A stretch of DNA of 64,000 nucleotides. Origin: Macrostomum hystrix (taxonomy: Eukaryota; Animalia; Platyhelminthes). Position numbers and translations under genes: made by a program. The notes under the pieces are model-generated. The model had not been told where the DNA came from, made no database searches, and saw only the letters and a list, made by a program, of their open reading frames with translations. Location of the stretch: assembly GCA_950097015.1 (NCBI GenBank), contig CATNEN010000037.1, positions 2,852,001 to 2,916,000 of the forward strand, in the 5' to 3' direction. Each line of letters starts with the position of its first letter. Within the stretch, counting starts at the first letter, position 1. This document shows positions 37,278 through 50,141 of the stretch, one piece after another.

Positions 37278-38070
37278 ACGTAGATTTTGGTGTAGCATTA
37301 GATATAGATTAAAAAAGAAAAAAAACTCAGTTAAAAGAAATGAAAGAACTATATTTGATGAACAGAAACGCGACAAGAAACGTAAAGTTCCTGTGCGCAC
37401 TTTTTAGATTATGGTTTCAAAGTTGTATTTTGCAAGCCCGCCAAGAAGATATCGACAAACAGGATGTCTTCAAATATTTACTCCGGCAGTTAACGCTTAA
37501 TTATTTAGTAATATGCAAGTGGGTTGACCCGAAGTCTACCGTACTTGCTTATACTTCAAGGAAAGCAAAGATTGCTATAAGACCGCTCAAAGCTACTGTA
37601 AGTAGTGACGAAGTACAAACAACTGTTCGACTGTACTTGAAAAGAATTATTCGACTAAATGGACTTATGATTAAAAAAAATGAGGTGTTAAAGCGAGAGC
37701 TAGTCTAGATTAAGCAGATGATATTTTGCGTAGAATGCTACTGTAAGTAATAAATTGCGACACGTATTGTGACTGTGGACTAACTTTTAATTTACTTATA
37801 GAGGAACAACATGAACTGAAAAAACAGCCAGTTAAGGAACAAAGAGGCTTTGCTCTTAGCTGCAATAAAATCGGTTAATTAACACTGGGATGAGAATTTC
37901 AAGCAAAAAAGCAAAATCAGATGAGATAGCAATGCAGACTGGAGAACAACAGAGCATTAGGATTCTTGCTTTATAAACCGCTAAGTATAAACTATGCATT
38001 AAAACAAATAGAGAGAAAACTTTCATGTTTAACTTGGAAATATCCTACCTGACAATGAAATAAATGATCT

Positions 38071-41060
38071 CACTTTGGGATCAGAGAAACTGGGTCATCC
38101 TGGTGAGTGTCACTTTGGGATCAGAGAAACTGGGTCATTCTGGTGAGTGTCACTTTGGGATCAGAGAAACTGGGTCATCCCGGTGAGTGTCACTTTGGGA
38201 TCAGAGAAACTGGGTCATCCTGGTGAGTGTCACTTTGGGATCAGAGAAACTGGGTCATCCTGGTGAGTGTCACTTTGGGATCAGAGAAACTGGGTCACCC
38301 TGGTGAGTGTCACTTTGGGATCAGAGAAACTGGGTCATCCTGGTGAGTGTCACTTTGGGATCAGAGAAACTGGGTCATCCTGGTGAGTGTCACTTTGGGA
38401 TCAGAGAAACTGGGTCACCCTGGTGAGTGTCACTTTGGGATCAGAGAAACTGGGTCATTCTGGTGAGTGTCACTTTGGGATCAGAGAAACTGGGTCATCC
38501 TGGTGAGTGTCACTTTGGGATCAGAGAAACTGGGTCATTCTGGTGAGTGTCACTTTGGGATCAGAGAAACTGGGTCATTCTGGTGAGTGTCACTTTGGGA
38601 TCAGAGAAACTGGGTCATCCTGGTGAGTGTCACTTTGGGATCAGAGAAACTGGGTTCATTCCTGGTGAGTGTCACTTTGGGATCAGAGAAACTGGGTCAT
38701 TCTGGTGAGTGTCACTTTGGGATCAGAGAAACTGGGTCATTCCTGGTGAGTGTCACTTTGGGATCAGAGAAACTGGGTCATTCTGGTGAGTGTCACTTTG
38801 GGATCAGAGAAACTGGGTCATTCCTGGTGAGTGTCACTTTGGGATCAGAGAAACTGGGTCATTCCTGGTGAGTGTCACTTTGGGATCAGAGAAACTGGGT
38901 CATCCCTGGTGAGTGTCACTTTGGGATCAGAGAAACTGGGTCATCCTGGTGAGTGTCACTTTGGGATCAGAGAAACTGGGTCATTCTGGTGAGTGTCACT
39001 TTGGGATCAGAGAAACTGGGTCATTCTGGTGAGTGTCACTTTGGGATCAGAGAAACTGGGTCATTCTGGTGAGTGTCACTTTGGGATCAGAGAAACTGGG
39101 TCATTCTGGTGAGTGTCACTTTGGGATCAGAGAAACTGGGTCATCCTGATGAGTGTCACTTTGGGATCAGAGAAACTGGTTCATCCTGGTGAGTGTCACT
39201 TTGGGATCAGAGAAACTGGGTCATCCTGATGAGTGTCACTTTGGGATCAGAGAAACTGGGTCATCCTGATGAGTGTCACTTTGGGATCAGAGAAACTGGG
39301 TCATCCTGGTGAGTGTCACTTTGGGATCAGAGAAACTGGGTCATCCTGATGAGTGTCACTTTGGGATCAGAGAAACTGGGTCATTCTGGTGAGTGTCACT
39401 TTGGGATCAGAGAAACTGGGTCATTCTGGTGAGTGTCACTTTGGGATCAGAGAAACTGGGTCATCCTGGTGAGTGTCACTTTGGGATCAGAGAAACTGGG
39501 TCATCCTGGTGAGTGTCACTTTGGGATCAGAGAAACTGGGTCATTCTGGTGAGTGTCACTTTGGGATCAGAGAAACTGGGTCATCCTGGTGAGTGTCACT
39601 TTGGGATCAGAGAAACTGGGTCATTCTGGTGAGTGTCACTTTGGGATCAGAGAAACTGGGTCATCCTGGTGAGTGTCACTTTGGGATCAGAGAAACTGGG
39701 TTATCCTGATGAGTGTCACTTTGGGATCAGAGAAACTGGGTCATTCTGGTGAGTGTCACTTTGGGATCAGAGAAACTGGGTCATCCTGGTGAGTGTCACT
39801 TTGGGATCAGAGAAACTGGGTCATTCTGGTGAGTGTCACTTTGGGATCAGAGAAACTGGGTCATTCTGGTGAGTGTCACTTTGGGATCAGAGAAACTGGG
39901 TTATCCTGGTGAGTGTCACTTTGGGATCAGAGAAACTGGGTCATTCTGGTGAGTGTCACTTTGGGATCAGAGAAACTGGGTCATTCTGGTGAGTGTCACT
40001 TTGGGATCAGAGAAACTGGGTCATCCTGGTGAGTGTCACTTTGGGATCAGAGAAACTGGGTTATCCTGGTGAGTGTCACTTTGGGATCAGAGAAACTGGG
40101 TCATTCTGGTGAGTGTCACTTTGGGATCAGAGAAACTGGGTCATTCTGGTGAGTGTCACTTTGGGATCAGAGAAACTGGGTCATTCTGGTGAGTGTCACT
40201 TTGGGATCAGAGAAACTGGGTCATTCTGGTGAGTGTCACTTTGGGATCAGAGAAACTGGGTCATCCTGGTGAGTGTCACTTTGGGATCAGAGAAACTGGG
40301 TCACCCTGGTGAGTGTCACTTTGGGATCAGAGAAACTGGGTCACCCTGGTGAGTGTCACTTTGGGATCAGAGAAACTGGGTTATCCTGGTGAGTGTCACT
40401 TTGGGATCAGAGAAACTGGGTTATCCTGGTGAGTGTCACTTTGGGATCAGAGAAACTGGGTCATCCTGATGAGTGTCACTTTGGGATCAGAGAAACTGGG
40501 TCATCCTGGTGAGTGTCACTTTGGGATCAGAGAAACTGGGTCATCCTGGTGAGTGTCACTTTGGGATCAGAGAAACTGGGTTATCCTGATGAGTGTCACT
40601 TTGGGATCAGAGAAACTGGGTCATCCTGGTGAGTGTCACTTTGGGATCAGAGAAACTGGGTCATCCTGATGAGTGTCACTTTGGGATCAGAGAAACTGGG
40701 TCATCCTGATGAGTGTCACTTTGGGATCAGAGAAACTGGGTTATCCTGATGAGTGTCACTTTGGGATCAGAGAAACTGGGTTATCCTGATGAGTGTCACT
40801 TTGGGATCAGAGAAACTGGGTCATCCTGATGAGTGTCACTTTGGGATCAGAGAAACTGGGTTATCCTGATGAGTGTCACTTTGGGATCAGAGAAACTGGG
40901 TTATCCTGATGAGTGTCACTTTGGGATCAGAGAAACTGGGTCATCCTGATGAGTGTCACTTTGGGATCAGAGAAACTGGGTTATCCTGATGAGTGTCACT
41001 TTGGGATCAGAGAAACTGGGTCATCCTGATGAGTGTCACTTTGGGATCAGAGAAACTGGG
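38071..41060. repeat. 40-bp minisatellite CACTTTGGGATCAGAGAAACTGGGTCATCCTGGTGAGTGT, about 75 copies
   Basis: Directly visible and highly homogeneous. Confidence 0.98.
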
Positions 41061-41220
41061 TAATCACAATTTTACTAAAGTTCGTTTTTTCCCCACAGAA
41101 CTGGAACAGGGTCAGAATTTTCTATAACTGTGGAACTTGCTAGTCAAGTTCGAAACTTTAACACAAAACACGAATAGTACAACAGAAATGAAGGGCGATA
41201 AGAACTTTCACACCGCATTG

Positions 41221-44200
41221 TTAATTATGATCACACTCTTCGTAGTTGTCATCGTACCCTTCCTCCTGTTGCAACTCTTGCTCATTTGCATCTTCTTGAT
41301 CCTCAAAGTTGTCCAACTCTTCGTTGTCTTGCTGGTCGCCACGCGCCAACTTGCTGGCGCTAACGCCTTCGTCATCATCTACCGCGGCCTCATCGTTCTC
41401 GCTAGCGCCGTTATTGGCATCTTCACTGTTGGCTGTGCCAGCGGCGGCGGCTGCGGCGGCGGAGCGTTTGACACCGGCGCGGCTTCGCTGGCGCCCCTTG
41501 CCGCTGGCGCCGGAGCCGCTCAACTGAGGGGTATCCAACAGCCGATGGAGCTGCCTGTAGGCCAGCTGGCGAAGGGCTCGCTGAGCTGCCGCAGTTAGAT
41601 CTTCGCGCTCCTGACTGGTGAGCCGACCGGCCGCGTCCGTGAGGGTCTTCTCGCACGGGTCTAGAAGGCCCGGCCCGGTAGGTAGCAGCAGGCCGGAGGC
41701 CAGGCTCTCAAGCACCCGACGGAGCGTGTCAGTAACAGACGTGGGCGCGCCGCAGTTCGAGCTGATGCATCGTTCAACAAGCAGCTCAGCGGCCTTCGGG
41801 TTTGACAGGTTCAGAAAGATGAGGCTCAGAAAGCTGAGGATCGGGGTGACTAATTGATTTTGGGGATCTGGGAGAGTGGCTGAACAATCTGAGGAACTGG
41901 GAGAGTGGCTGCCCTATCTGAGGATCTGGGAGAGTGTCTGCCCTATCTGAGGATCTGGGAGAGTGTCTGCCCTATCTGAGGATCTGGGAGAGTGGCTGCC
42001 CTATCTGAGGATCTGGGAGAGTGACTGCCCTATCTGAGGATCTGGGAGAGTGACTGCCCTATCTGAGGATCTGGGAGAGTGACTGCCCTATCTGAGGATC
42101 TGGGAGAGTGACTGCCCTATCTGAGGATCTGGGAGAGTGACTGCCCTATCTGAGGATCTGGGAGAGTGGCTGCCCTATCTGAGGATCTGGGAGAGTGACT
42201 GCCCTATCTGAGGATCTGGGAGAGTGTCTGCCCTATCTGAGGATCTGGGAGAGTGACTGCCCTATCTGAGGATCTGGGAGAGTGGCTGCCCTATCTGAGG
42301 ATCTGGGAGAGTGACTGCCCTATCTGAGGATCTGGGAGAGTGGCTGCCCTATCTGAGGATCTGGGAGAGTGGCTGCCCTATCTGAGGATCTGGGAGAGTG
42401 TCTGCCCTATCTGAGTCTCTTACCCAGTCGGACAGGGCGGCCCAGGCTGGAAGCCGGCGCCTCAAGTCGCGCAGAATTTTCACGGTGGACACACAGGTTG
42501 GCAGATCAAAGGCTTTGGCCTGCGGGTTGGCGTTAATCAATAACAATCAGGGAATGCACGATGCTCATGCTGCTTACCTAGCTTAAACCAGGCACTGTAC
42601 GAGCTACAGTGTTAGTTTCATTGACAACAAGGCGAACTTGATCTAGGAGTTCACAATAGACCCCAGTATCGAACCAAAGATAATTATGCAAGTTTTTACA
42701 GCAAAGTGAATGAAAAACGGAAAAAACTCTACCTGGAACCATTTAGCACGACGCAGATTGGCTAGAGCGTCCAAGCATTTCTCCTTATCCAACAGGTCGC
42801 TCTGGACTTGATTATCGGCTAAAAATATTCACAATAACAATAGGTAGCATAAAGTTATGCGGATAGTTGACCATTGCATGCGCTTTGTATCTGCACGCAC
42901 TTTTTTTATCTATAATAGCTTAATTACCATGGAAACTACGAATAAAGCAAACGTAGTAACTATACTAAACCAACCAAAGAAATACTAAACAATACGAAAG
43001 GTATGAGAACTGGAGATTGAAGGAGACGAATGACAATATACTCGATTCATTTTGTAAAATATTCCCAGTCTTCAAAAAAAGCCAATCAAGATCCGATAAT
43101 CACAGACAAGATCCGATAATCTCCGACAAGATCCGATAATCTCCGGCAAGATCCGATAATCTCCGACAAGATCCGATAATCTCAGACAAGATCCGATAAT
43201 CTCAGACAAGATCCGATAATCTTCGATTAGATGAAAAATCAAGAATTATTAAATTGGACTTTTTCAGTGGTAACTGTCCATAACAAACTGGATAAGCCTG
43301 GTAATGATGGACAAAGACTGTGAGGGCAACAGAAAACTAATTAAATAAAACACAATGGTAGTTAAATATTCAGATTAAATTGGCAAAACTAGACTACTTA
43401 TTTGTTAAAGAGATGGTCAAGTATCCCAAAACTTTAAACTGCAATTGTCACTCGAGTCGACTGGAGTGAATCGACGACGGCTATAGTCGGCTGCATCATT
43501 TTAAAACCTTTCCTCCTGCCTTTCATATTTTAGACAAACACACGCAACTGGCTAGTGCAATATGATTTCGCGCAGAGGGAAACACGGGAAAAAATCACAA
43601 AATGCCTTTGCAATTTAAACGATTCGATGCAAGTCATAGAAGAGAAGGAAGAAAATGAGAATATTAACAACAATAGAAATAGAACGGGGCAATTTCAAAT
43701 ACCCACATTTCTTGTATCTCCAAAAATACTTCCAAAAATTTTCCGGTCTATCCGATAACAAAATTTTCAGAATCGCAAAACATTGGCATCGTCTGGCAAA
43801 AAGCACAAATTTTTTTGTGAGCATTTTTCTGCTCATAAATTTCATTATGTAACCACGTCGGCTATGACGTTGATTTTATTGTTGATGATTTTAATTATGA
43901 AACCAATAGGGATTCGCCATAGAGGTCAATTCAGAGCAATGCCACTTGTCCTTGTCACCAGGGTCTTCGACAAGAATCGCTGAATATCTTGACGAAAATC
44001 GGTCATTCTGTTTGGGATCGTGAAGTAGTAGGCAGTGGGCATTTGAAATACCACTGTGGTCTTTCCCCCAAGGAGGAAATTAGTTAGGTCCTTCTAACTG
44101 TTAAGGGAGTGTGAGAAGCAGAGCTGGGGACTTACCGGCCTCGCAGTCGCGCACCACGGGCGAAGTCAGGCTAATTCGGCATCTGAGGCTGCCGTCGCCG

Positions 44201-47200
44201 CAGGCAACAAGGAGCGCGGAGGCTAAGCTAGAATCGGCCGGGTCCGCCTGGACAGTTAGCAGAGCCTGGCCGGAGTCGGCCGGAGGACACAGCCGAGGTG
44301 GCAGCAGTTCCAGCAGGCGGTTAACTAGGGCCCGGCTAGGCCAGGCGGTGCACAGCAGCACCAGTTCGCACTGCCGGTCAAAGAATAGGGTCAGGTCATT
44401 CGCCAGCGCGCCAACACGCATCACACCCTTGAGTTGTTGACCTTCGGTGCCAGATTCGGCGGACAGCTCGTCGTTAACCTGTCGCAGTGCCTGCTCGCAT
44501 CTGGTGGCCAAAGCGTTCAAAGCCTGCCAATCGGCGGAGCTCTGGGTTAGGGAGGCCAGCTTAGCTGCCAGGTGACGATCTTCGCCAATTTCAAAGCCGC
44601 GCTGATTTCCTAACCGGCCGAACACTTGCTGCTGCTGCTGCTGCCAATCGGGCATCATCATAATGGCGGCATCCATCTGTTGACGGTGCCCCCAGCCAAA
44701 CTGCTGCCTAGCAGCGGCAGCTGCCGCTGAGGCTGCTCCGCTACGCATTGAAGGCTTGGTTTCTACCTCAAGACTGGGATCCACCTGGACAAATTGAGAG
44801 TTTATTACGTTATATTATTTTTCCTTCACAAACTCGCTTCTCTCTAGTCAAAGCTGAGAATTATAAAAATCCCACCTTTCGCTTATACTGCAGCCTATGC
44901 CGACGGCCTTTCAAATGCATCTCTTTGGCATGCGGATCGTTGAACTTGCAATCGCACAGCTTGCAATGATACTGTACAGCTTTGCCCTGCTCGCTAGGCG
45001 TCTCGTCGATATACTCGGACCCAACCGGAGCCACGTATTCTCGCTCCTGCAGCTCGGATAGGTCCACGTGCTGCTCCACTGTAGCTGCCGCTGCTGCTGC
45101 TGTTTTACTTGCAGACTTCTCCGCAGACGGCGCAGTGGACGATGTCGCCGCGAAAGTCGTGGCATCACCGGTCGCGGCCTCCTCGGAGCCAACAGACTTC
45201 AGTGCCGAGCCGGGCACGAAGCCCACCTTAGTTGCTCCGTAGACTCGTTTGACTGCCGGCTGCTGCTGAGAAGGCTGCTGTTGTTTATCGTCAGCGCCAA
45301 CAGACGCAGCCTGGTCCGAGGGCTGCCTAGCCCTCACGAGAATCGGATCAGTGCTGGGAATCATCTTGCCCAGTCTAGTGTGCAGCTTAGCAGTTTTCAA
45401 ATGCTTGGTGCCGCGAATATGTGAGGCGTAAGCGTCAGCGCCGGTGCAGGTGACGTCGCACAGTTCGCAGCGCAGCTGCTTCTGACCGGGCTTTGGCGCC
45501 TCCTCCTGCTGACGCTTAGCAGCGGCTTCGCGCTTCTTATGCTTCTGACCATCTAGATGCTCTTTGAATGTCTGCGGCCCTGCGCAGCTAATTTTGCATA
45601 CTTCGCAATAGTGCAACGCAGCAGCTTGATGCTGGGGCTGATGCTGTGGCCCGCCTTGGCGCTGGTGCTGCTGATAGTTTTGGTTGTAGGGCCGACGCGG
45701 GCCGCCGGCTTGATAAGGCGGCCTACGCTGCTGCTGCTGATAGCCGGCAGGTCCCGAAAATTGCTGATGCTGATACTGGTGGTGATGCGGAGGCCGGGGT
45801 CCAGCTGACTGCTGCTGGCTGTGTTGTCCATGACCAGCGCCGCCAGCGAAGCCGCCAGGCTGGTAGCTGTGCTGGCCATAGCTTAGAGTTTGTTTACCGC
45901 CAGCCTGCTGCGACAGATAGGTCAATTTAGGCGGCGGCATCGGCGGCGGCGCTTGCGGCTGAGGTGGCGGCGGAGCCTGCTGTACTTTGGCCACAGCCGG
46001 TGTAGCCGTATTAGCTGTAAATGACGTATAAGACGGCGCAGTTGTGGTCCAAGATTGTGGAAACACCTGGCCGCTGGCGGTTGGCGGCACAGCCGCTGCC
46101 GGAGGCCTAGGCGGCACCTGATAGGCAGAGGCAGCAGCGACAGCGGCAGCAGCAGCGGCAGCAGCAGCTGGGTAAGCGGTCGGGGCCGCAGTATAACTGT
46201 ACGGCGCGGCCGCAACGCTAGCAGCGGCGGCCGAGAATGCCACTTGCGGCGCCGCAGTGGGCGGAACAAAAGAGGCCGGAGGTGCGGCGCTTGCTGTGGC
46301 CTGATAGGCTGTCTGGGGAGCACTGCGAATAGACAGGTGGGATAAAAGCAACTTGCAGACTTTCTTACTGCCGAGACGTCGGTTTAATTCGAGACAATGT
46401 GTAAAATACTTTGCAACATCTAAAAAATATCAAATAGTTCAAACATTTGCTCATGTATGGCACCAAGCAATAGGCTTCAAATGTAGGGGTTGTAGTCTAG
46501 TGGTTAGAGGGTCGGACTCACGACTTGAAAGTCGGGGTTCGAATACCGACTCCACTGGAACAATTGGTGTCCTTTAGCAAGACTTAACTCTGCATTTGCT
46601 TTAAGTTCATCCAGCTTGTTAAATGGGTAGCAGCATTAGCTGGGGTAATTAAGAGTGGGGTTTGGCATCCCCTTGAGTCCATAGACTGAACAGCCATATA
46701 TGCAGCATGTTGGCTGAAAATATCTGCATTGTTCTGTTGGCTGCACATCTGGCCTAATAGAATCAGGTGTAATTAATTCAGTTTTTGGCCCAAAAACACA
46801 ATTTATGGCTGTTTATGTTAGAAGTATAACTAAGTAGATCTATAATATCACAATACCTAGCTAGCTATCCCTACAGGAAAAAATACCTTTTGTGGACATT
46901 TTTAAACTTCAGGTTTGCATGGCTCTGTACAGCACAGTAAAGGGTCAGGTGGGGCAATGGATCAGAATATTGTGAGGTATGGTGGAACATGGAATTTGTA
47001 TGCTTTTATTATACTTGATAATTTCCCAACTTATTAATCATTACTTGTATTACTTGTAAAACTCTTTATTGCCTATTTTTCATATATCCAACTTAACTTA
47101 TTGCCATATCTACTTAGTTATGTTTTTGTACTCATTAATTACAACTTTTCTAATTTTTTTATATTTGTAAACAGCTATGCTTTTTGTTAGACATGCTTAT

Positions 47201-48459
47201 AAATATCAGCTCTAGTTTATGATATCTTTTTAGTAGTTTTTTAATATCAACCAAAGCAAGGCAAAAGTTTGCCAAAATATTACCAGCTTTGGTTTGCAAT
47301 CATTTCAATTGAGTGCATGTATAGAAGTGATCAAGGTAAGGGGGTATGGCATAAATGATTTATGATTTTACTATTTAGGAGTTTATAGACAAATGTAAAA
47401 TGTGGAATTAGAAACATAATTGTGAACTGAAGTGAGGGCAGCACCACCTAGTTCACCTGCCTAGTTTGCCGGTCTGTGGGCATGCCATTTCTGTGCTTGT
47501 GTGTCAAGTGCCCCAGGCCCCCTGCAATAAAGTAAGTAAAAATAACAGAAGTTCATATTAATGTTTTTATAGCCAGCTTCAGTCTATAATCATTTCAATG
47601 GGAAAAGTAGGCTTTGGTGATGGCAGAGCTTATTCCCATGGTCCCGTGCCGATAATTTCAATTTTATCCACACAGATCCGTGCCGATAATTTTCTGCTTA
47701 TCCACATGGCAGCTTGTATGAATAGGTCTACAACTCTTTATTCTACAACTCTTAAAGCCTTATGCTCAAAGAAGAACAGGTAGGGACTTAAAAGTAGACC
47801 TAGGCCTATTCATACAAGCTGCCGTGTGGATAAGCAGAAAATTATCAGCACGGATCCGTGTGGATAAAATTGAAATTATCGGCACGGGACCGTGGGAATA
47901 AGCACTTCCTTTGGTGATAGCAAACTGAAAGAGATATATAAGATGAGCAAACTGGATATGCAAACATTTTAAATAAACAAATTTTGTTTGTCAACTTTTG
48001 ACTTCATACCATCAAAAAAGTATCAAGGTCCAATACTCCAATACCCAAATTGTATTGTTGATAGTATCGTAGTATTGGACCTGTGCCCAACACTGGTGTT
48101 AGACCAGTTTTTATCTGCAGCAGTGCAGTGCATCCTGGTCTTAAAAATTGCACCCTGAAATCTAGCACAGGGTGCGATAGGGTGCGAAATCGCACCCAAG
48201 TTATGGACGAAAAAACTGATCCAGAAGACTATAAACCTAACTAATATGAGTATAAATAGCTTTTAATCTATATACAAATGCATGAACAATAGATGGGCCA
48301 CAAACAGCGAATAGGCCCTAGGTTTGGGTAAAACAATTGTGAGGCCTATAGGCCCTACTTGAGATGGATATTTTTTACGTAAGCTTGAAGAATGCAATAT
48401 TAAGCTGGTATCTCTCACCTGTAAGCTGCTCCAGATGGAAAGCCAAAATAACCACTCAT
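41221..48459 (-). CDS. ZFR: Zinc finger RNA-binding protein; exons 48459-48419, 46322-44876, 44784-44136, 42818-42733, 42519-42424, 41793-41221; 963 aa
   Basis: N-terminus MSGYFGFPSGAAYS; three C2H2 dsRNA-binding fingers (YCEVCKISCAGPQTFKEHLDGQKHKK, CELCDVTCTGADAYASHIRGTKH, CKLCDCKFNDPHAKEMHLKGRRHRLQYK); DZF domain (LKGVMRVGALA, KCLDALANLRRAKWFQ, GLLDPCE, QEREDLTAAAQ). Phases are consistent and the total is 2892 nt. Confidence 0.93.
41865..42415. repeat. 29-bp minisatellite GGATCTGGGAGAGTGACTGCCCTATCTGA filling ZFR intron 5
   Basis: Directly visible. Confidence 0.96.
43085..43225. repeat. 20-bp repeat GACAAGATCCGATAATCTC(C/A), about 7 copies, in ZFR intron 3
   Basis: Directly visible. Confidence 0.9.
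46485..46762 (+). mobile_element. tRNA-derived SINE, family B, in ZFR intron 1
   Basis: AGGGGTTGTAGTCTAGTGGTTAGAGGGTCGGACTCACGACTTGAAAGTCGGGGTTCGAATACC head, followed by tcctttagcaaga...aaatggg and agtccatagactgaacagcc, shared with 24078-24296. Confidence 0.8.
47628..47903. repeat. Long inverted repeat (103-bp arms, 70-bp spacer), MITE/foldback-like, in ZFR intron 1
   Basis: 47628-47730 is the reverse complement of 47801-47903 with 5 transition mismatches. Confidence 0.93.
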
Positions 48460-50141
48460 TATAAATTTACAAAATCAATGTATTGCACTACTATTTCTAT
48501 TATTGGACGAAAATCATTCTTGACCAATGGTTTTTTATGATTACTGCAAGCAACTGATACAATATAATAAATTTACCTAAGGCGAAACAACAAAACGTTT
48601 AAAAGCTTTTCTCTTGTGATACTCTTAACAACGCGAAGTATATGCACAAAGAAATGTATAATCTATATGTTCGTTTGCGCGATACAATGCCTACGAACAA
48701 TGAGGCCAAATGCGCAATAATAAGTATAGAGATTTATACGTATTAATTTCCCGATTGACATTCACATTCACATTCACATTCAAACAAGAGTATTGTAACT
48801 TAAAAAATAACCATTCAATTACAGCGAAACTTACAAGATCTTCTGATGCAATTAAGATAACGTTCCAAAATAAATATAATTTATTTTTGTCAATGCATAA
48901 AAGAATTACACAGCTTTGAAGTTTGTTCCTATCTCCGCAGTGTATATTCTTGTACTTTCAAAAAGTAACTTCTACTGCATCAATCGCAGTGAAAATTTAC
49001 AAAACCTCTGATGCAATCGAGTTGTTTGGATGTGTTAAATTTCAGGCTGATTCATGAAAGCGTCTGCGGGTTATTCAATGTTAAAGTGTGTTCGTATCTC
49101 CGTAGTGTATTTTTGGGAGCCAGCTTGACATTCGCAGGCAGACACTTCTACTGCATCAATCGCAATGAAAATTTACAAAACCTCTGATGCAATCGAGTTG
49201 ATTGGATGTGTAAAATTTCAGGCTGATTCATGAAAGCGTCTGCGGGTTATTCAATGTTAAAGTGTGTTTCGTATCTCCGTAGTGTATTTTTGGGAGCCAG
49301 CTTGACATTCGCAGGCAGACACTTCTACTGCATCAATCGCAATGAAAATTTACAAAACCTCTGATGCAATCGAGTTGATTGGATGTGTAAAATTTCAGGC
49401 TGATTCATGAAAGCGTCTGCGGGTTATTCAATGTTAAAGTGTGTTTCGTATCTCCGTAGTGTATTTTTGGGAGCCAGCTTGACATTCGCAGGCAGACACT
49501 TCTACTGCATCAATCGCAATGAAAATTTACAAAACCTCTGATGCAATCGAGTTGATTGGATGTGTAAAATTTCAGGCTGATTCATGAAAGCGTCTGCGGG
49601 TTATTCAATGTTAAAGTGTGTTTCGTATCTCCGTAGTGTATTTTTGGGAGCCAGCTTGACATTCGCAGGCAGACACTTCTACTGCATCAATCGCAATGAA
49701 AATTTACAAAACCTCTGATGCAATCGAGTTGATTGGATGTGTAAAATTTCATGCTGATTCATGAAAGCGTCTGCGGGTTATTCAATGTTAAAGTGTGTTT
49801 CGTATCTCCGTAGTGTATTTTTGGGAGCCAGCTTGACATTCGCAGGCAGAGACTTCTACTGCCTCAATCGCAATGAAAATTTACAAAACCTCTGATGCAA
49901 TCGAGTTGATTGGATGTGTTAAATTTCAGGCTGATTCATGAAAGCGTCTGCGGGTTATTCAATGTTAAAGTGTGTTCGTATCTCCGTAGTGTATTTTTGG
50001 GAGCCAGCTTGACATTCGCAGGCAGACACTTCTACTGCCTCAATCGCAATGAAAATTTACAAAACCTCTGATGCAATCGAGTTGATTGGATGTGTAAAAT
50101 TTCAGACTGATTCATGAAAAGCGTCTGTGGGTTATTCAATG

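Noticed and set aside
37340-37708. 122-aa AT-rich ORF between two arrays
   Set aside because: No recognisable motif, and the composition is unlike the GC-rich host exons.
43555-44090. Short ORFs in ZFR intron 3 as extra exons
   Set aside because: The DZF domain joins in phase from 44136 to 42818 without them, and their translations show no ZFR similarity.
41137-46345. Plus-strand ORFs opposite ZFR, and similar ORFs opposite bestrophin, TRPA and eIF4E
   Set aside because: They are antisense shadows of GC-rich coding exons with no independent motifs.
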